Assembly: GCA_051294905.1 (NCBI GenBank)
Contig: CM119373.1
Location: 8,804,001 to 8,868,000, forward strand
Origin: Botryllus schlosseri
Taxonomy: Eukaryota
Length of the DNA: 64,000 bases
Reading direction: 5' to 3'
In this document: piece after piece, positions 63,529 through 64,000 of the stretch
Numbering within the stretch: position 1 is the stretch's first letter
Layout: every line of letters begins with the position of its first letter
Notes under the pieces: generated by a model
What the model was told of the DNA's origin: nothing
The model's database searches: none
The model's input: the letters and a program-made list of their open reading frames with translations, nothing else
Program-made: the position numbers and the translations under genes

Positions 63529-64000
63529 ATTGTCGCCAGAGATTATCAAATAAAAGACCATCCAAACGAATTTAATGGGCCATTCATAGACACATGTACC
63601 GCGGGCAATCACGACTGCGCGATCGATATCGTATCAGAAGTCATCCTAATCCACGCAGTCGTTGATTGCACTATGTAATTCATGATATGTTGACCACTAA
63701 CCTTCATGCCACCTGTAAGGTACTACGCTACAAGAAACCGTATAACGTTACTAATCTGTTGCTTAATACGCGATAACATTTTTGGTATTCTACACAGTAA
63801 TTGTTTCATATGTCACGCAATCATACCAGATCAAATTGTATTTCATGTACATGACTATTCATATGATCGCGATTCCGAACAGTCGTATGCCGATTGGATC
63901 GCTACTCTACGCGGAATCTGCAAAGATTACAACTTCATGTGTCCGAGAGAACGGTGGAAACTTCCCTTTACAGTATATTTTGGAGGAATGCAAGCAACAA

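Noticed and set aside
1-64000. Uni-strand piRNA-cluster interpretation of the TE/EVE pile-up
   Set aside because: Element orientations are mixed with no strand bias. A dual-strand cluster cannot be judged without small-RNA data.

Overview
Eukaryotic (metazoan) nuclear DNA, AT-rich, with short GT-AG introns. The host is probably a marine invertebrate, and a tunicate is my guess (inference only). The window is almost entirely a nested transposon graveyard: at least five PIF/Harbinger nuclease genes (with MADF-BESS or Myb/SANT partners where present), two Merlin (ISXO2/IS1595-like) transposases, hAT and THAP remnants, many non-autonomous hAT elements with 8-bp TSDs, a Tx1-clade LINE, a tRNA-derived SINE, and a very young RT-less BEL/Pao LTR element. 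The most notable item is a ~1.2-kb endogenous viral element (21935-23140, minus strand). It encodes the RdRp core of a Mononegavirales L protein that looks paramyxovirus-like along its whole length, and it is inserted inside the exonuclease region of a SAP-SWIM-YqaJ transposon gene. Other highlights: a foldback element with inverted telomere-like arrays inside a Merlin transposase, an unclassified virus-like multi-ORF segment (43350-47150), and an intact three-exon orphan gene (62691-63528) that the ORF track misses. All family calls come from motif recognition by eye; no database searches were run.
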